A DNA stretch of 64,000 nt from a virus (lineage: Duplodnaviria > Heunggongvirae > Uroviricota > Caudoviricetes), in IMG/VR virus record IMGVR_UViG_3300046513_000108, positions 26,391-90,390 of that record; one strand, written 5' to 3'. Shown piece after piece: positions 9,802-20,059 of the stretch; position 1 is the first letter of the stretch; the number at the start of each line of letters is the position of its first letter. The position numbers were made by a program, and so were the translations under genes. The notes under the pieces are model-generated. The model searched no databases. It saw nothing but the letters and a program-made list of their open reading frames with translations, and was not told the DNA's origin.

Positions 9802-11418
9802 TCAATTTAATAATGTTGACGAGTAGAGATTATCTAAAACACTTACAGCATATTCGTCAGTAATAATTGTAATAGAAAGCTTATCTCCAATTTTAATATA
9901 TTGAATTCCGCCAGAAGATGTAGCACTAGTTGTGGATACACCAATAGCACTAGCAACAACACCCTTTATAGCTTGGGTTACAGATTCAACACTCGCGCTA
10001 CCGTTTGAGTTAGCAACAGTAATTTGAATAGCTACAGAGCTTGCATTTACATTACTAAAACCTACCCCGTTTCCTGTACTCTGATTTACAGAGTTAGTAT
10101 TAGATTGTGCAGCACCAACCCCTAAAGAAGTTCCGTTGGAAGGTATTACGGAATTCACTATTGCTTGTGCCGAACTGCTTCCCGAGACACTACCCAAAGA
10201 TTGAGTTATAGCATTTACGATAGCTTGTACACTACTCAACCCACTACTAGAGCCATCTGCACTTATTGTGGTTGTCCCTGAAACTGTTTCGCCATTTACT
10301 GTGGACGTGCCAGAAGCAGAGCCAACAACTACCCAAATAGATTGTGTACTAGCTGCTACAGAGGAGATTGACGAAGAACTTCCTGTTGTGCCATAAACAG
10401 AATTTGATGTTGATGTAACAACAGATGTACTAGAGGAATCCCCGGAAGAATTCCATATAGCCCTTACAACAGAGCTTATTGCACTACTGCCAGAGGAACT
10501 TCCATCTGATTTACTAATAGCATTTACAGCAGAGCTTAAAGTGGCAGTCCCTTGAGAACTTCCATTAATAGGCCATAAGGCTCTAGCAATAGCTGCTGCT
10601 ATTGCAGTGCTTGTGCAGCTTCCGCTTGCGGATATAATGGAGGAGGACGTTGCTCCTGCAATAGCTAGGAAACGCCTATCAGGATCAGCACTATACACTT
10701 GCCAAGGATTCTTTGTAAGTGAAATTGCAGCAGAATCCGATAAGGCTCTTTTGATTGCCATACCCTGTACATAGTCTGTACGAATACCCCAAACAATAGA
10801 TGTTGCACTAGCTGCTGTGGAAATTGTGAATCCTGAACCACTCTTTGTGCCTATGAATTTTCCATTGGCAAAGAAACGTGCGCCTGATTGATTAACAGAA
10901 GCACAGATTGTAACTACATCACCATCATTAAGACCGCTTAATGTCTGCTGTGATGTTCCGTTCCACGCTCCAGCCCAATCACACCCAAAAGTTATGCTAT
11001 TGGATGTTTGACTAAACACGTCTATTGAATGCTGATTATCTACCCTGAAATTTAACCATTGGGCAGAGATGGAACCTGAACGGAAAATAAAGGTGCTGAC
11101 CAGTGTAAATTCTGTAGCCCCGTGCAGTAAACCTACAGGGCCATTATAAGTCACGCCGTTGTCAGCCGAACCTATCACACGAGTGCTAATAACCCCCAAC
11201 GGATGATAACTTTTAGTGAAGTAATTGTTGGTATCATTAATTGTAGCTAGACGATTAGATACTACGTCCCGCAAATTCCCGTTAGGGCCAAAAGTTGTAC
11301 TGTTAGTTCCTGAAACCCACACCACTCCCTGTGTCACTGGATTGTCTAAGTCTAGGCGAGGTGTTCCATTTTGCGGTTGCTGCCTAGCTTGACGTGTTGG
11401 CAGAGCAATCGCCACCAT
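9802..11418 (-). CDS. LamG/concanavalin-like N-terminal domain protein with Ser/Gly-rich repetitive C-terminus (fibre- or decoration-like)
   Basis: 538-aa ORF; the N-terminal 240 aa look jelly-roll-like; the C-terminal 300 aa carry degenerate repeats of roughly the form GSS-SGSS-AI-AIVN. Confidence 0.6.
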   Translation of the reverse strand: MVAIALPTRQARQQPQNGTPRLDLDNPVTQGVVWVSGTNSTTFGPNGNLRDVVSNRLATINDTNNYFTKSYHPLGVISTRVIGSADNGVTYNGPVGLLHGATEFTLVSTFIFRSGSISAQWLNFRVDNQHSIDVFSQTSNSITFGCDWAGAWNGTSQQTLSGLNDGDVVTICASVNQSGARFFANGKFIGTKSGSGFTISTAASATSIVWGIRTDYVQGMAIKRALSDSAAISLTKNPWQVYSADPDRRFLAIAGATSSSIISASGSCTSTAIAAAIARALWPINGSSQGTATLSSAVNAISKSDGSSSGSSAISSVVRAIWNSSGDSSSTSVVTSTSNSVYGTTGSSSSISSVAASTQSIWVVVGSASGTSTVNGETVSGTTTISADGSSSGLSSVQAIVNAITQSLGSVSGSSSAQAIVNSVIPSNGTSLGVGAAQSNTNSVNQSTGNGVGFSNVNASSVAIQITVANSNGSASVESVTQAIKGVVASAIGVSTTSATSSGGIQYIKIGDKLSITIITDEYAVSVLDNLYSSTLLN

Positions 11419-11420
11419 GA

Positions 11421-11873
11421 TTACACCACCGTACCAGAGATTTCAGACGTGTAGACAGTGGCAGATGTTAGTGCCACTCCAAGGTCATTCTTAATTACTA
11501 CGTAGAATTTAGCTGGAATATATCCAAGGGCTGCAACCAAACTGAATGTTCCGATTTGCGTTACGGACGCCGTTCCAATAGGGAGAGTTCCTAGGAAGCG
11601 AAGATTAGGTTCATCTGTCGTAGATGTTCCACTGGAAGGGCCACTTCGGAAGTTAGTACCGTCTAAGGAATCTTGAATGAATACTACAAGTTGTTTATTA
11701 CCAGCGGGAGTGTTCGTTGTTGCTGCATCAACCTCGATAACTACATCAAGAGGTTGATTTGTAGTACAATCATACGCTGTTGTGTTTCTTACGTATGTAG
11801 CACTAGCTAAAGTTGACAAACCAGTGTACGATAATGATGTACGGGTTCCTACTACTTGTTTTACAGTTGACAT
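11421..11873 (-). CDS. hypothetical structural protein
   Basis: 150-aa ORF, overlaps neighbour start and stop. Confidence 0.5.
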   Translation of the reverse strand: MSTVKQVVGTRTSLSYTGLSTLASATYVRNTTAYDCTTNQPLDVVIEVDAATTNTPAGNKQLVVFIQDSLDGTNFRSGPSSGTSTTDEPNLRFLGTLPIGTASVTQIGTFSLVAALGYIPAKFYVVIKNDLGVALTSATVYTSEISGTVV

Positions 11874-12337
11874 TACACTACTCCTGCATCTCTTAGATTT
11901 TGTTCTGTGACGTAGCTAAGTCCGAGTATTTCCGCCCTTGAGGCGGGTTGAAGGGAGAGGTCTTTGATTTCAGCGGCTTCTCCGGATGTAATCACCCCGG
12001 AAGCGGCAAGGATGTCAATAAGACCTTGTGTTGCTGGCTCTCCAATATCGATTCCGTCAGGAAGTGCCAAGAACTTCAAGGCTCTAGCCACCACAGTAGA
12101 ATAAGTCCCAGATGTCTTGGAATAGTTCTCAAGCTTGGTTAGCACTGCATCTGCTGCGATAGCTCCAGATGGCATTCTTGCCATTAAACCTCTTTCCGAA
12201 ATCATTCTGGAACGGTGTAGAGTAAATCTTTTATCATTGATAATTTCTACCACTTGCCCCGGAGAGTCCGGCAGCAATGCAGCGTAACCTAGTCCAGCCG
12301 GATCATTTAACACTTCATCTCTAAGTACGCTGTCCAT
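11873..12337 (-). CDS. hypothetical structural protein
   Basis: 154-aa ORF in structural operon. Confidence 0.5.
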   Translation of the reverse strand: MDSVLRDEVLNDPAGLGYAALLPDSPGQVVEIINDKRFTLHRSRMISERGLMARMPSGAIAADAVLTKLENYSKTSGTYSTVVARALKFLALPDGIDIGEPATQGLIDILAASGVITSGEAAEIKDLSLQPASRAEILGLSYVTEQNLRDAGVV

Positions 12338-12340
12338 GTT

Positions 12341-12784
12341 TTAATCTTCAGTTACTAAGTTAGCAGCAGTAGTAATACGTGGGATAACACCAACAGCCAT
12401 TGTGATATTAGGAGTCAGAGTACCACTGTACAAAATCTTACCTGCACCACTAGAAACAGTGCCAATAGCAAAGTGGGTAAGAGCAGCGCCGGGAGATGCT
12501 GTACATGCTGGGAAGTCTAGGTTTGCTACTAATTGCACAGCGTTTGCTGTGACAGTAAAACCACCGCTAGAGCGAGCAACAGCTTGTCGGACGTATCCTG
12601 TATAAGCTGTTTCAGAAGTTGTTTGTGTACCCGTTTCTCCGGGATCAGCAGTGTGCAGGGAGAAATACAAACTACCTGCTGCTGCGGACGGTTGTAAACC
12701 AGAAGCATCTCCAATGTTAGCAATAGCTACATTGTTGAAGATAAGCTTCATATAATCATTTTCAAATACGTCTGCCTTCGACAT
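12341..12784 (-). CDS. hypothetical structural protein
   Basis: 147-aa ORF in structural operon. Confidence 0.5.
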   Translation of the reverse strand: MSKADVFENDYMKLIFNNVAIANIGDASGLQPSAAAGSLYFSLHTADPGETGTQTTSETAYTGYVRQAVARSSGGFTVTANAVQLVANLDFPACTASPGAALTHFAIGTVSSGAGKILYSGTLTPNITMAVGVIPRITTAANLVTED

Positions 12785-12796
12785 GTCTATTCCTTA

Positions 12797-13177
12797 TTAA
12801 ACACGAACAAATAGTTCGTAATATAGTGGTAAATTCAAAGTGGGATTGACCACTTTTACTGTAACGATTTTATATATAGTGTTACCAATTTGAATCTTGT
12901 CAGCACTAGGGTCAATATCCGTAATCTGTGGAATTGGTTTTACAAACACTTGCTTGTCGCCAGTTTTAATCAACGTACTATCTTGTGTAGTAACCCCCTG
13001 AAATTTATTAATATAATCAAAAGGCATTGCTTTCACTACGTAACGTTTTTCAGTTTGTGTATTCTCAGATGTCAATGGGTCATATACAGAAGTTGTTTTG
13101 ATCAATGTTGCTTGACAAGACCAACCTTGTTCATCAAAAAATTCTGAAACTACAGATTGAAAGTCTGAAGTGCTCAT
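12797..13177 (-). CDS. putative head-tail adaptor or head closure protein
   Basis: 126-aa ORF next to the gp6-like connector gene; overlaps it by 4 nt. Confidence 0.4.
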   Translation of the reverse strand: MSTSDFQSVVSEFFDEQGWSCQATLIKTTSVYDPLTSENTQTEKRYVVKAMPFDYINKFQGVTTQDSTLIKTGDKQVFVKPIPQITDIDPSADKIQIGNTIYKIVTVKVVNPTLNLPLYYELFVRV

Positions 13178-13617
13178 ACATTATCCCAAGGGTGTTTAGA
13201 AGGATTACCAGCTACGCGATGCACCATATCTGTAACAGTTTCTGGCCTACTCCAACAAGTATTCCAATCTTCTGTGAATTGTTTTAGAGGATCAATCGCT
13301 GTATTATCACCTGTGACAACAACAGGTAAAGCTGTAAATGACATAAGAGCAGGATTGCTTATAGTGTCTAACAGAAATTGTCGGTATTGTGCGAAGGCAT
13401 CCCCACCCCAAATTTCAAGTTGCACCATTTTCTTATGAGACTTGAAACTAAGCTGTGCTAAAATATATTGAGCACATGTTTGAGCAGAGGCTTGAAGATT
13501 TTGACTGTTCTCAGAAAGAACAGAGTCTATTACTTCATCTTGTAAAAATGGTAAGTCGGAAACATCGCCAATGCGCATTCTGACTTTACCAACGTTTGTA
13601 GAGTAGTCCACTGGCAT
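13174..13617 (-). CDS. gp6-like head-tail connector protein
   Basis: N-terminus MPVDYSTNVGKVRMRIGDVSDLPFLQDEVIDSVL resembles the Phage_connect_1 (gp6-like) signature; sits immediately after the capsid gene. Confidence 0.5.
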   Translation of the reverse strand: MPVDYSTNVGKVRMRIGDVSDLPFLQDEVIDSVLSENSQNLQASAQTCAQYILAQLSFKSHKKMVQLEIWGGDAFAQYRQFLLDTISNPALMSFTALPVVVTGDNTAIDPLKQFTEDWNTCWSRPETVTDMVHRVAGNPSKHPWDNV

Positions 13618-13640
13618 GTTTGCTCCTTATTAATTAATTC

Positions 13641-13667
13641 AACAAAAGACCCTCGTGAGAAGGTCTT
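13641..13667 (-). terminator. attenuator hairpin after the major capsid gene
   Basis: minus strand AAGACC-TTCTCACGAG-GGTCTT followed by TTGTTG, then the RBS of the next gene. Confidence 0.35.
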
Positions 13668-13684
13668 TCAGCAAACTAATTAGA

Positions 13685-14725
13685 TTAGTTGGAAGTGGTT
13701 ACTTTGAAAATAGAAGCAGGGCGAGTTGCGAAGTACAGAGGCGCAGCTTCCATTTCAAACTCAACCCATTCATCGCGTGGGTCGAGGTAAGTGCGAACGA
13801 AGATTTCTTGACCCGGCTCATTTGCACCAGACAGTTTTGCCGATGGGCCATTGTAGCCACGGAACAGGTCACGAACACCTTGAGCATATGCAATACCAGT
13901 ATCGGCAGCAAAAGCAACTTCAGTAGAACCGCTTGGAAGATTGAAAGTAGCATCATACGACACGAATTCAACACCACGGAAATTGAAGGAGTCCATAATA
14001 CCCCACTTCATATAATCCGACAGATCATCACGCAGCAGTTGTTTACCACTGTTGATGTAGAACTGATATGCATTCTTCATATTAGGATGCGAAATCAGCT
14101 TGTCGAAGAAAGAAGGGTCAACCATGACTTGCACACCAGTGATAGAGCCACCATTTTTGACGTTAGTTGCAATACCTGTTTTCAGTAGACGCAGTTTTTG
14201 GTCAATGTTCGTGGTAGAAGTGCCTAACAGGAAGTCAATGGTAGTTTGGGTAATACCAAATTCAGAGTACATATCCGCTACAGTGGTGCCATCAGGAGTT
14301 TTGAAAACACCTTTCAGAGCTTGCAATTTCATGTATTCTTGAGTTTGATCCCAAGCACGGCGCATATCAGTCATTTTTTCAGCAGTAGCACGGCCTAGAG
14401 TTTCCTCATCGGTGCTGCCCGGAACGCGCCAGCCTTGAATGTCTTCATTAGTCAGACGATCAGCGTGTTTGAAGTATGCTAATTTCAGTGCGAAAGTGTC
14501 AGCAGTGCGCTCACGTCCTTGTGTAGAAGCGTTTGTACCACGAGTAACTTGTGGCAGCAACGTTGTGGTTGCATAGTCTTTATCGAAGATAATTGCGGTC
14601 TGCGAAGTAGACTTCATGTTGAACAGATTTTGGCTGTTGACAAAACCGTATTGCAGAGGGGTTTCGGTAATGCCATCAACGAAATCAGTTTCTTTGAAGC
14701 TATTGAAATAATCACGAATAATCAT
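13685..14725 (-). CDS. major capsid protein
   Basis: 346-aa ORF downstream of protease, scaffold and decoration genes (lambda C-Nu3-D-E order), followed by an attenuator hairpin. Confidence 0.65.
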   Translation of the reverse strand: MIIRDYFNSFKETDFVDGITETPLQYGFVNSQNLFNMKSTSQTAIIFDKDYATTTLLPQVTRGTNASTQGRERTADTFALKLAYFKHADRLTNEDIQGWRVPGSTDEETLGRATAEKMTDMRRAWDQTQEYMKLQALKGVFKTPDGTTVADMYSEFGITQTTIDFLLGTSTTNIDQKLRLLKTGIATNVKNGGSITGVQVMVDPSFFDKLISHPNMKNAYQFYINSGKQLLRDDLSDYMKWGIMDSFNFRGVEFVSYDATFNLPSGSTEVAFAADTGIAYAQGVRDLFRGYNGPSAKLSGANEPGQEIFVRTYLDPRDEWVEFEMEAAPLYFATRPASIFKVTTSN

Positions 14726-14759
14726 TTATTTAATTCCTTTGTTATATGATCGCTACTAA

Positions 14760-15437
14760 TTAAACACGAGTGCGATTGACGATGAATTTTGCTTTCAGCT
14801 TACGCAGAACATCGGCTTTTTGTGGAGCAGACAGCGCATCTTTATACAGCAGCGAATCACCAACAACACCAGCCCAACCACTCGATAGAACAGTCATGGC
14901 ATAGTCAGTGGCATTGGTCAGCGAAGGAACATCCTTAACGCTTTCAATCAGGACAGCAACATCATTGGTCAGTGCGGCAACATCAGCAGCAGCAATCCAT
15001 TTGTACTTATTAGTACCAGCAACAGCAATAGTGCCAGAGTCACCAGCAACAGCAGCAGTACCACCAGCAGTTAAAGTGAACGACAGACCTTGACCAGCTT
15101 CCCCATTAACAGCAGTGCCAGTAGCACCGGAAGTCAGTAGGACACCTTCAGGCGTGTACAGATTAAAAGCAGTAGCAGCAGTGAAGACAATGCGGTAATT
15201 ACCCACTTTGGCAGGATCAGTGATAGTCACAGTTCCGCAAGTGAAGTTACCAGTGTTGCCAGAGTCAGCAGTATAGGTTCCAGTGCCAGAGGTAATAGTG
15301 CGGCGCAGAACAGCACCAACGTCCATACCAGTTTCCATTGTCACGGTGACATTTTCACGGCATACACCGTATTCAGCTTGTTCTTCAAAAGCCAGAACAC
15401 CAGACAGTTTATTCGAACGAGTCGCAATTTTAGTCAT
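14760..15437 (-). CDS. head decoration-like protein (Thr/Gly/Ala-rich)
   Basis: 225-aa ORF between scaffold and capsid genes (lambda gpD position). Confidence 0.4.
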   Translation of the reverse strand: MTKIATRSNKLSGVLAFEEQAEYGVCRENVTVTMETGMDVGAVLRRTITSGTGTYTADSGNTGNFTCGTVTITDPAKVGNYRIVFTAATAFNLYTPEGVLLTSGATGTAVNGEAGQGLSFTLTAGGTAAVAGDSGTIAVAGTNKYKWIAAADVAALTNDVAVLIESVKDVPSLTNATDYAMTVLSSGWAGVVGDSLLYKDALSAPQKADVLRKLKAKFIVNRTRV

Positions 15438-15440
15438 TTC

Positions 15441-15920
15441 TTATTTCCCTTGTTTCTTGATAAATTGTTTAAAGTGTGCAGGCTTTTTTTCCTCTTTCAC
15501 TTTTGCATCAACACCAGATTCAGCGAAAGATTCGTCTTGTTTCGCTGCTAGTTCTTTTTGTACACCGAAAACTTCTGCAAATTCGGTATCATTCATGGTT
15601 TCAGCAAACTTCTCAAACTTGGCTGCTTTCTCATCACCAAATTCTGCTGCCAGTTTACTCATACGAGCTTCAACTTTTTCTTTGTGAGCTTTTGCGACAG
15701 CCTCAGCAGCAGCTTGTTCAGCGGCAACTTTAGCTTCCTCAAACTTCTCCATTTGTTTAGTTAGTTCATCAATTTGATCAAGAGCTTCAATCAATTGGGT
15801 TTCTTTTTCATCAAAAGCAGCAAGCAGTTCTTGCAACTCTTCCGTATCTTTCAGATCAACTTGTGCGGACTCTTCCTTTGCCGACAAGCCAAATCGTTTC
15901 ATCAGATCAGCTAATTTCAT
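15441..15920 (-). CDS. scaffolding protein
   Basis: 159-aa acidic coiled-coil ORF between protease and capsid genes. Confidence 0.55.
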   Translation of the reverse strand: MKLADLMKRFGLSAKEESAQVDLKDTEELQELLAAFDEKETQLIEALDQIDELTKQMEKFEEAKVAAEQAAAEAVAKAHKEKVEARMSKLAAEFGDEKAAKFEKFAETMNDTEFAEVFGVQKELAAKQDESFAESGVDAKVKEEKKPAHFKQFIKKQGK

Positions 15921-16777
15921 TAATCACCTTTATGTTTAGAAATCACATAAGCCTGAAACTCTTCTTCAGTCTTAATTCCATCAATCAGTCCAAGCTCCAA
16001 GGAGTCCTTAGACATGAAGGTTTTTGCCTTAGTGGCCTTAATAGCCTCCGCTGACAAACCTATATATTTAGACACATGAGAAACAAAGTTCTCATACAAC
16101 GCATCCACCTTGTACTGCAAATCTTGCAAGAATTCTTTTTTAAAACTTCCATCTTCTGCATATGGAATTTTTTGCTCTCCTGCTGTTACAAACACTCGCT
16201 TGTACCCCTGTTGTTCCATTGCCTTAGAGGTATCTAGTAGACTAACCAAAACACCAATGGAGCCTGTATCTGCATCAGGGTGAGCAAACACTTCATCACA
16301 AATAGAGAGCCAAGCATAAGCAGCAGAAGCCGCCATACCGCCGTTATATCCGTAGATTTTTGCACCGGCTTTATCAGCCATTTCCCGTACAGTAGAGGCT
16401 GATTGGAAACAATTGAAAGCTTCTCCACCTCCACTATCTACACTCATGATGATAGTAGTAACACCTGCATCCAACATTTCACTTGCTTGTTCTACCAAAG
16501 TGGAGTATGCTGTACCTACTTCTCCACACAACGTAACAACAGGTTTATTGGTAAGAGTGCCGTCAATATTTAGAACACCAATTTTCTGCTTCTTGTTGTA
16601 GAAAAGTTCAGGTTTTGCAGGAGGGGTATCTTCTGCTTTTCCATCTCGATACAGGAGAACCCCAGAATTACGATCTTGTAAATATTGGTCAATCGGAGCA
16701 AAAGCTTCTGCTGTAATAAGCTGCGGAGTAGAATAAATACTCTGAGTAAGTCGCAGCAAAATATTTTGTTTTTTCAT
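15920..16777 (-). CDS. prohead protease, S49 (SppA/ClpP-fold) family
   Basis: …VDSGGGEAF…GGMAASAAYAW… serine-protease signature; lambda gpC position. Confidence 0.8.
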   Translation of the reverse strand: MKKQNILLRLTQSIYSTPQLITAEAFAPIDQYLQDRNSGVLLYRDGKAEDTPPAKPELFYNKKQKIGVLNIDGTLTNKPVVTLCGEVGTAYSTLVEQASEMLDAGVTTIIMSVDSGGGEAFNCFQSASTVREMADKAGAKIYGYNGGMAASAAYAWLSICDEVFAHPDADTGSIGVLVSLLDTSKAMEQQGYKRVFVTAGEQKIPYAEDGSFKKEFLQDLQYKVDALYENFVSHVSKYIGLSAEAIKATKAKTFMSKDSLELGLIDGIKTEEEFQAYVISKHKGD

Positions 16778-16786
16778 TTGTTTCCT

Positions 16787-18268
16787 TTATGCTGCATTTT
16801 CAGAATTATCAGATGATTTGTCTCTACCTGCTGGCTTGTTAGATGTACCATTACCAGAGCCTTTAGCCATTCCATCTCCCGATCTAGATTGCATGTCCTC
16901 TGGGAACAGTTTTTCATCTAACACAGTGTCTTCAGGAAGAGGTTGAAGCCCCAGAGACTCAAGAACTTTATTAACAACTTCCAGTGTGCGCGGCAGAATG
17001 CCAACAGACTTAGTACGCTGTACAAATTTAGAAATTTCTTCCAAATCTGCATCAAGGATATCCCCGTACTCAAAAGTACCCATTCTATCTGTATTCCAAC
17101 CATTTAACTCGTAAATAGAACGCATTAAGTCTTGATTGAGAACAGAACGAATTTCTTTCAAACGGTATTCTACAGTCATGGATAGTAAATTCTCTTTGCT
17201 GGATGCTAAGGAATAAGAACCTTGTTGATTTGCACCAAGCTTGATTACGTCAACCCCTAATGCAACCAATATGTCTGTCTGCAAAGCTGCAATTACTTCA
17301 GGTATGTTAAAAGACTTCCCATATTTAGCTTCTAACAGTTGAATTTCTACAGTTTTATTGGCATTCTCATCATACATTAAAGGGTAGACAATACCAGATT
17401 GTGTTCCTTTTACAAGGTTGGTTGCCATATCAATAAACTGTTGTGCAGCAGCTTTTTCTGAGCTTGTTGCATCAGGACTCAACAGCTTTGGCGGAATACC
17501 AATAGCAGGAATCCCCTGTAAATCTTTAGCAATTCCCAACATTAATTGATCTTGCAATAAACTTAATTGTTTATAAGGTAGGAATACAGCCTTCAATAAG
17601 CTCTGACCTTGTGGATTTCCGTTCGTACTGTCAGCAGAAAACAATAAGAATTTTTCCCTGTCAATTTGAAGAACTCCATCTTTATTCTTGATATTCTCAT
17701 ATCTCCACTGGTTTTCCAGATTTTGAAGCGACTGCCCAATACCTACAAGATTTCTTCCATCTTCAGAGTAGTACCATTTTGCAATAGTCTCTTGACTACG
17801 GGGACTTAATTTACGAAGACCAATCTTACCATCATTATATTTGCTTCCATTCTTCTTTAAGCGTCTGCGAAATACTTTTTCACTTACTTGAAAGCCATAT
17901 TTTAAATATGTAGTTACTTCAGTAATGAATTGCCCCCAAGAATGTTCCATATCAGTCATACACGACTGCACAAAAACACAACGTTCTTTTTCTACGTCTG
18001 TTGCATTCTCAGGAGGACAAACATACCAAGGCACAGAATTAACCATTAAGTTATAAACATTGAAGGCAGAGCACACCGTAGGGTGTGCAGACATTTCATT
18101 TACAACTTGTAACAAGTTAGGGTATTGGAATACTTTATTACGCTCTGCGTAAATTTGGTTATTAGCTATACGTAGGCCGGAAACACCTTGTTCGCCTAGA
18201 GCAATGCGGGGTAGTGCTGTATCAGGGTCAGCTTCAAGAGCCGAACTTTGAGGCTTCTTTGTCGCCAT
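16787..18268 (-). CDS. portal protein
   Basis: 493-aa ORF between terminase and protease genes; acidic C-terminal tail. Confidence 0.75.
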   Translation of the reverse strand: MATKKPQSSALEADPDTALPRIALGEQGVSGLRIANNQIYAERNKVFQYPNLLQVVNEMSAHPTVCSAFNVYNLMVNSVPWYVCPPENATDVEKERCVFVQSCMTDMEHSWGQFITEVTTYLKYGFQVSEKVFRRRLKKNGSKYNDGKIGLRKLSPRSQETIAKWYYSEDGRNLVGIGQSLQNLENQWRYENIKNKDGVLQIDREKFLLFSADSTNGNPQGQSLLKAVFLPYKQLSLLQDQLMLGIAKDLQGIPAIGIPPKLLSPDATSSEKAAAQQFIDMATNLVKGTQSGIVYPLMYDENANKTVEIQLLEAKYGKSFNIPEVIAALQTDILVALGVDVIKLGANQQGSYSLASSKENLLSMTVEYRLKEIRSVLNQDLMRSIYELNGWNTDRMGTFEYGDILDADLEEISKFVQRTKSVGILPRTLEVVNKVLESLGLQPLPEDTVLDEKLFPEDMQSRSGDGMAKGSGNGTSNKPAGRDKSSDNSENAA

Positions 18269-18354
18269 GTGTTACTCCTGTTCATTTATTGCAAGATTGT
18301 AACACGAAAACAACTTCGTGTCAAATTATTACACAATCTTGTAGATTTGTGGTA

Positions 18355-19869
18355 TTATAGGGAGGGAATAGGACTAGTTTGTGTAAGAGATGGCATACTA
18401 AAATCTGGCATATATATATTCTTAGCTAAAGATGTGAAAGCATCACTAGCACTATCAACCTGATCATCTTTCTGTGTTTTCTGAAGTTTCAAATCAGAAG
18501 AGAACGCTTCAAGCTCTTTGAAAAATTCCTCGTTCCACTCTCCACGGACAACTTTAATGTTGCCAGCCTCTGCCATAGAGCAAAAAGGAAGGAATCTTGT
18601 AAGTTTAGATTTGCCAGAGACAACCGGGGCAGTTTTAGTAGGAACACCATTTTCAGAAAGTACAGTTCTGTATAAAAACACAGCAGATTTACCTGCGGCT
18701 CCGGGGTCAACTGGAATAACAACTGTACATCCATCAACACCATCTTCTTTAGCCACTTCAGCCACTTTTTTCAGCACTTTATCTGTAGTGGCTTGAAACC
18801 TTACCACATCTTCTATATAATATGTACCAAACCTATCCCGGCTCATTTTAACACCGGCAGTCCAGTCAGGGTTATTCGTCTTTGTCTTTTCTTCAGATGC
18901 GAAATCCCAAGCTCTTACTCTTGTTGCTTGTGATGGCGGCAATTCAACCATTTCTACCCAAGACCTGTCAAAGAACATACTTCCTTGCTCTCGTGCTGTC
19001 CAAGAGCCATGCAAATATTTCAGTTGGTTTACATAAGGTTGAGATAAAAGGCTGGATAAATAGCTGGTATTTCTTGGTGGAAGCAGGAATGGATTAGAAA
19101 ACACGTTACACGGAACAAAACGAAAACTCTTTGGCATACATAAACGTTGTTTCTCTTCTGTTGTAAGTGCATCCAACTGAGCTTCAGTCATCCCATGTGC
19201 ATAAATATGACCTTTAGGCTCACCGTACAACTTGAAGCATTCTTCTGGGCTGTCTGCCCACTTAGCTACGTTATCTTCAACCACAAACCATTTAATCTTA
19301 TTCTCGGTGCCGGGTAGTGGTACGCCCGTATCAGGATCAAGAGAATAATCAACCCAACTTTTTAAGAAGGAATTTATATCAGGGTTGCATGTCAAGATTA
19401 GTTGAGGGTGTATTTTCGAGCCTACTGTACGTAGTCGAGATTGCAAGAATAAGATTTGTTTCTCTGTCCACTTATCACCAGCCTCATCCACCATGAAGCG
19501 GGTAAGCTGAGAACCTTGCCAAGAACCTAAGTCATCATCACAAGAAATTGCAGAGAAGGATATTGTTGCCCCGCTAGGAAATTCCCATAATTTTGCTTGA
19601 GTTTTATATGGAATCTTTGTAAAATCTCGGTAGATACTTTTAGACTCATCAATCAATCCTCCGGGACGCTTCAACTCGGGTTCATATCGCCTCAAAATTG
19701 CTGCCCTAAAACTCGGATCATGAATACCATCTAAGTTTTTTGTAAGACAAATGTGGGTCTTTCCGCCTCCTGCGCCGCCTCCGACCAAAATCACATCAGT
19801 GGTTTTGTCCTGTAACACTATCCTTTGCATTTCACTAGCAGGCCCATACACTTTCTTAGGTTTTTTCAT
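18355..19869 (-). CDS. terL: terminase large subunit
   Basis: N-terminal Walker A VILVGGGAGGGKT; 504 aa; sits upstream of the portal gene. Confidence 0.85.
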   Translation of the reverse strand: MKKPKKVYGPASEMQRIVLQDKTTDVILVGGGAGGGKTHICLTKNLDGIHDPSFRAAILRRYEPELKRPGGLIDESKSIYRDFTKIPYKTQAKLWEFPSGATISFSAISCDDDLGSWQGSQLTRFMVDEAGDKWTEKQILFLQSRLRTVGSKIHPQLILTCNPDINSFLKSWVDYSLDPDTGVPLPGTENKIKWFVVEDNVAKWADSPEECFKLYGEPKGHIYAHGMTEAQLDALTTEEKQRLCMPKSFRFVPCNVFSNPFLLPPRNTSYLSSLLSQPYVNQLKYLHGSWTAREQGSMFFDRSWVEMVELPPSQATRVRAWDFASEEKTKTNNPDWTAGVKMSRDRFGTYYIEDVVRFQATTDKVLKKVAEVAKEDGVDGCTVVIPVDPGAAGKSAVFLYRTVLSENGVPTKTAPVVSGKSKLTRFLPFCSMAEAGNIKVVRGEWNEEFFKELEAFSSDLKLQKTQKDDQVDSASDAFTSLAKNIYMPDFSMPSLTQTSPIPSL

Positions 19870-19928
19870 TAATATCCTCCATCAAAGATTCAACTCTTTC
19901 AAGGGGAGCTACCCTGTTCGCCACGCAA

Positions 19929-19956
19929 ACGACAAAAACCGCCTCTAGGACGGTTT
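19929..19956 (-). terminator. hairpin AAACCG-N9-CGGTTT with a 3' U-tract between the tRNA/small-ORF unit and the terminase gene
   Basis: minus strand stem followed by TTTTGTCGTTTG. Confidence 0.3.
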
Positions 19957-20059
19957 CTAAAAATGAAGTCAGAAGCCACGCTAACCTGCTATCTGACATG
20001 AGACTCCAAGAGTGAATCCCCTCACCACAACAATTACGTGTTAAAGTCCACGGTGACTA

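Noticed and set aside
10000-10700. CRISPR-like or tandem-repeat DNA
   Set aside because: The periodicity is at the protein level (a Ser/Gly-rich coding repeat) within an intact 538-aa ORF. There are no spacer/repeat architecture and no cas genes.
13655-14188. 177-aa plus ORF and other antisense ORFs inside the capsid and tape measure genes (945-1250, 1756-2127, 4432-4698 and so on)
   Set aside because: They are antisense to confidently called structural genes. There are no RBSs, and they show Cys- or His-rich reverse-frame composition.
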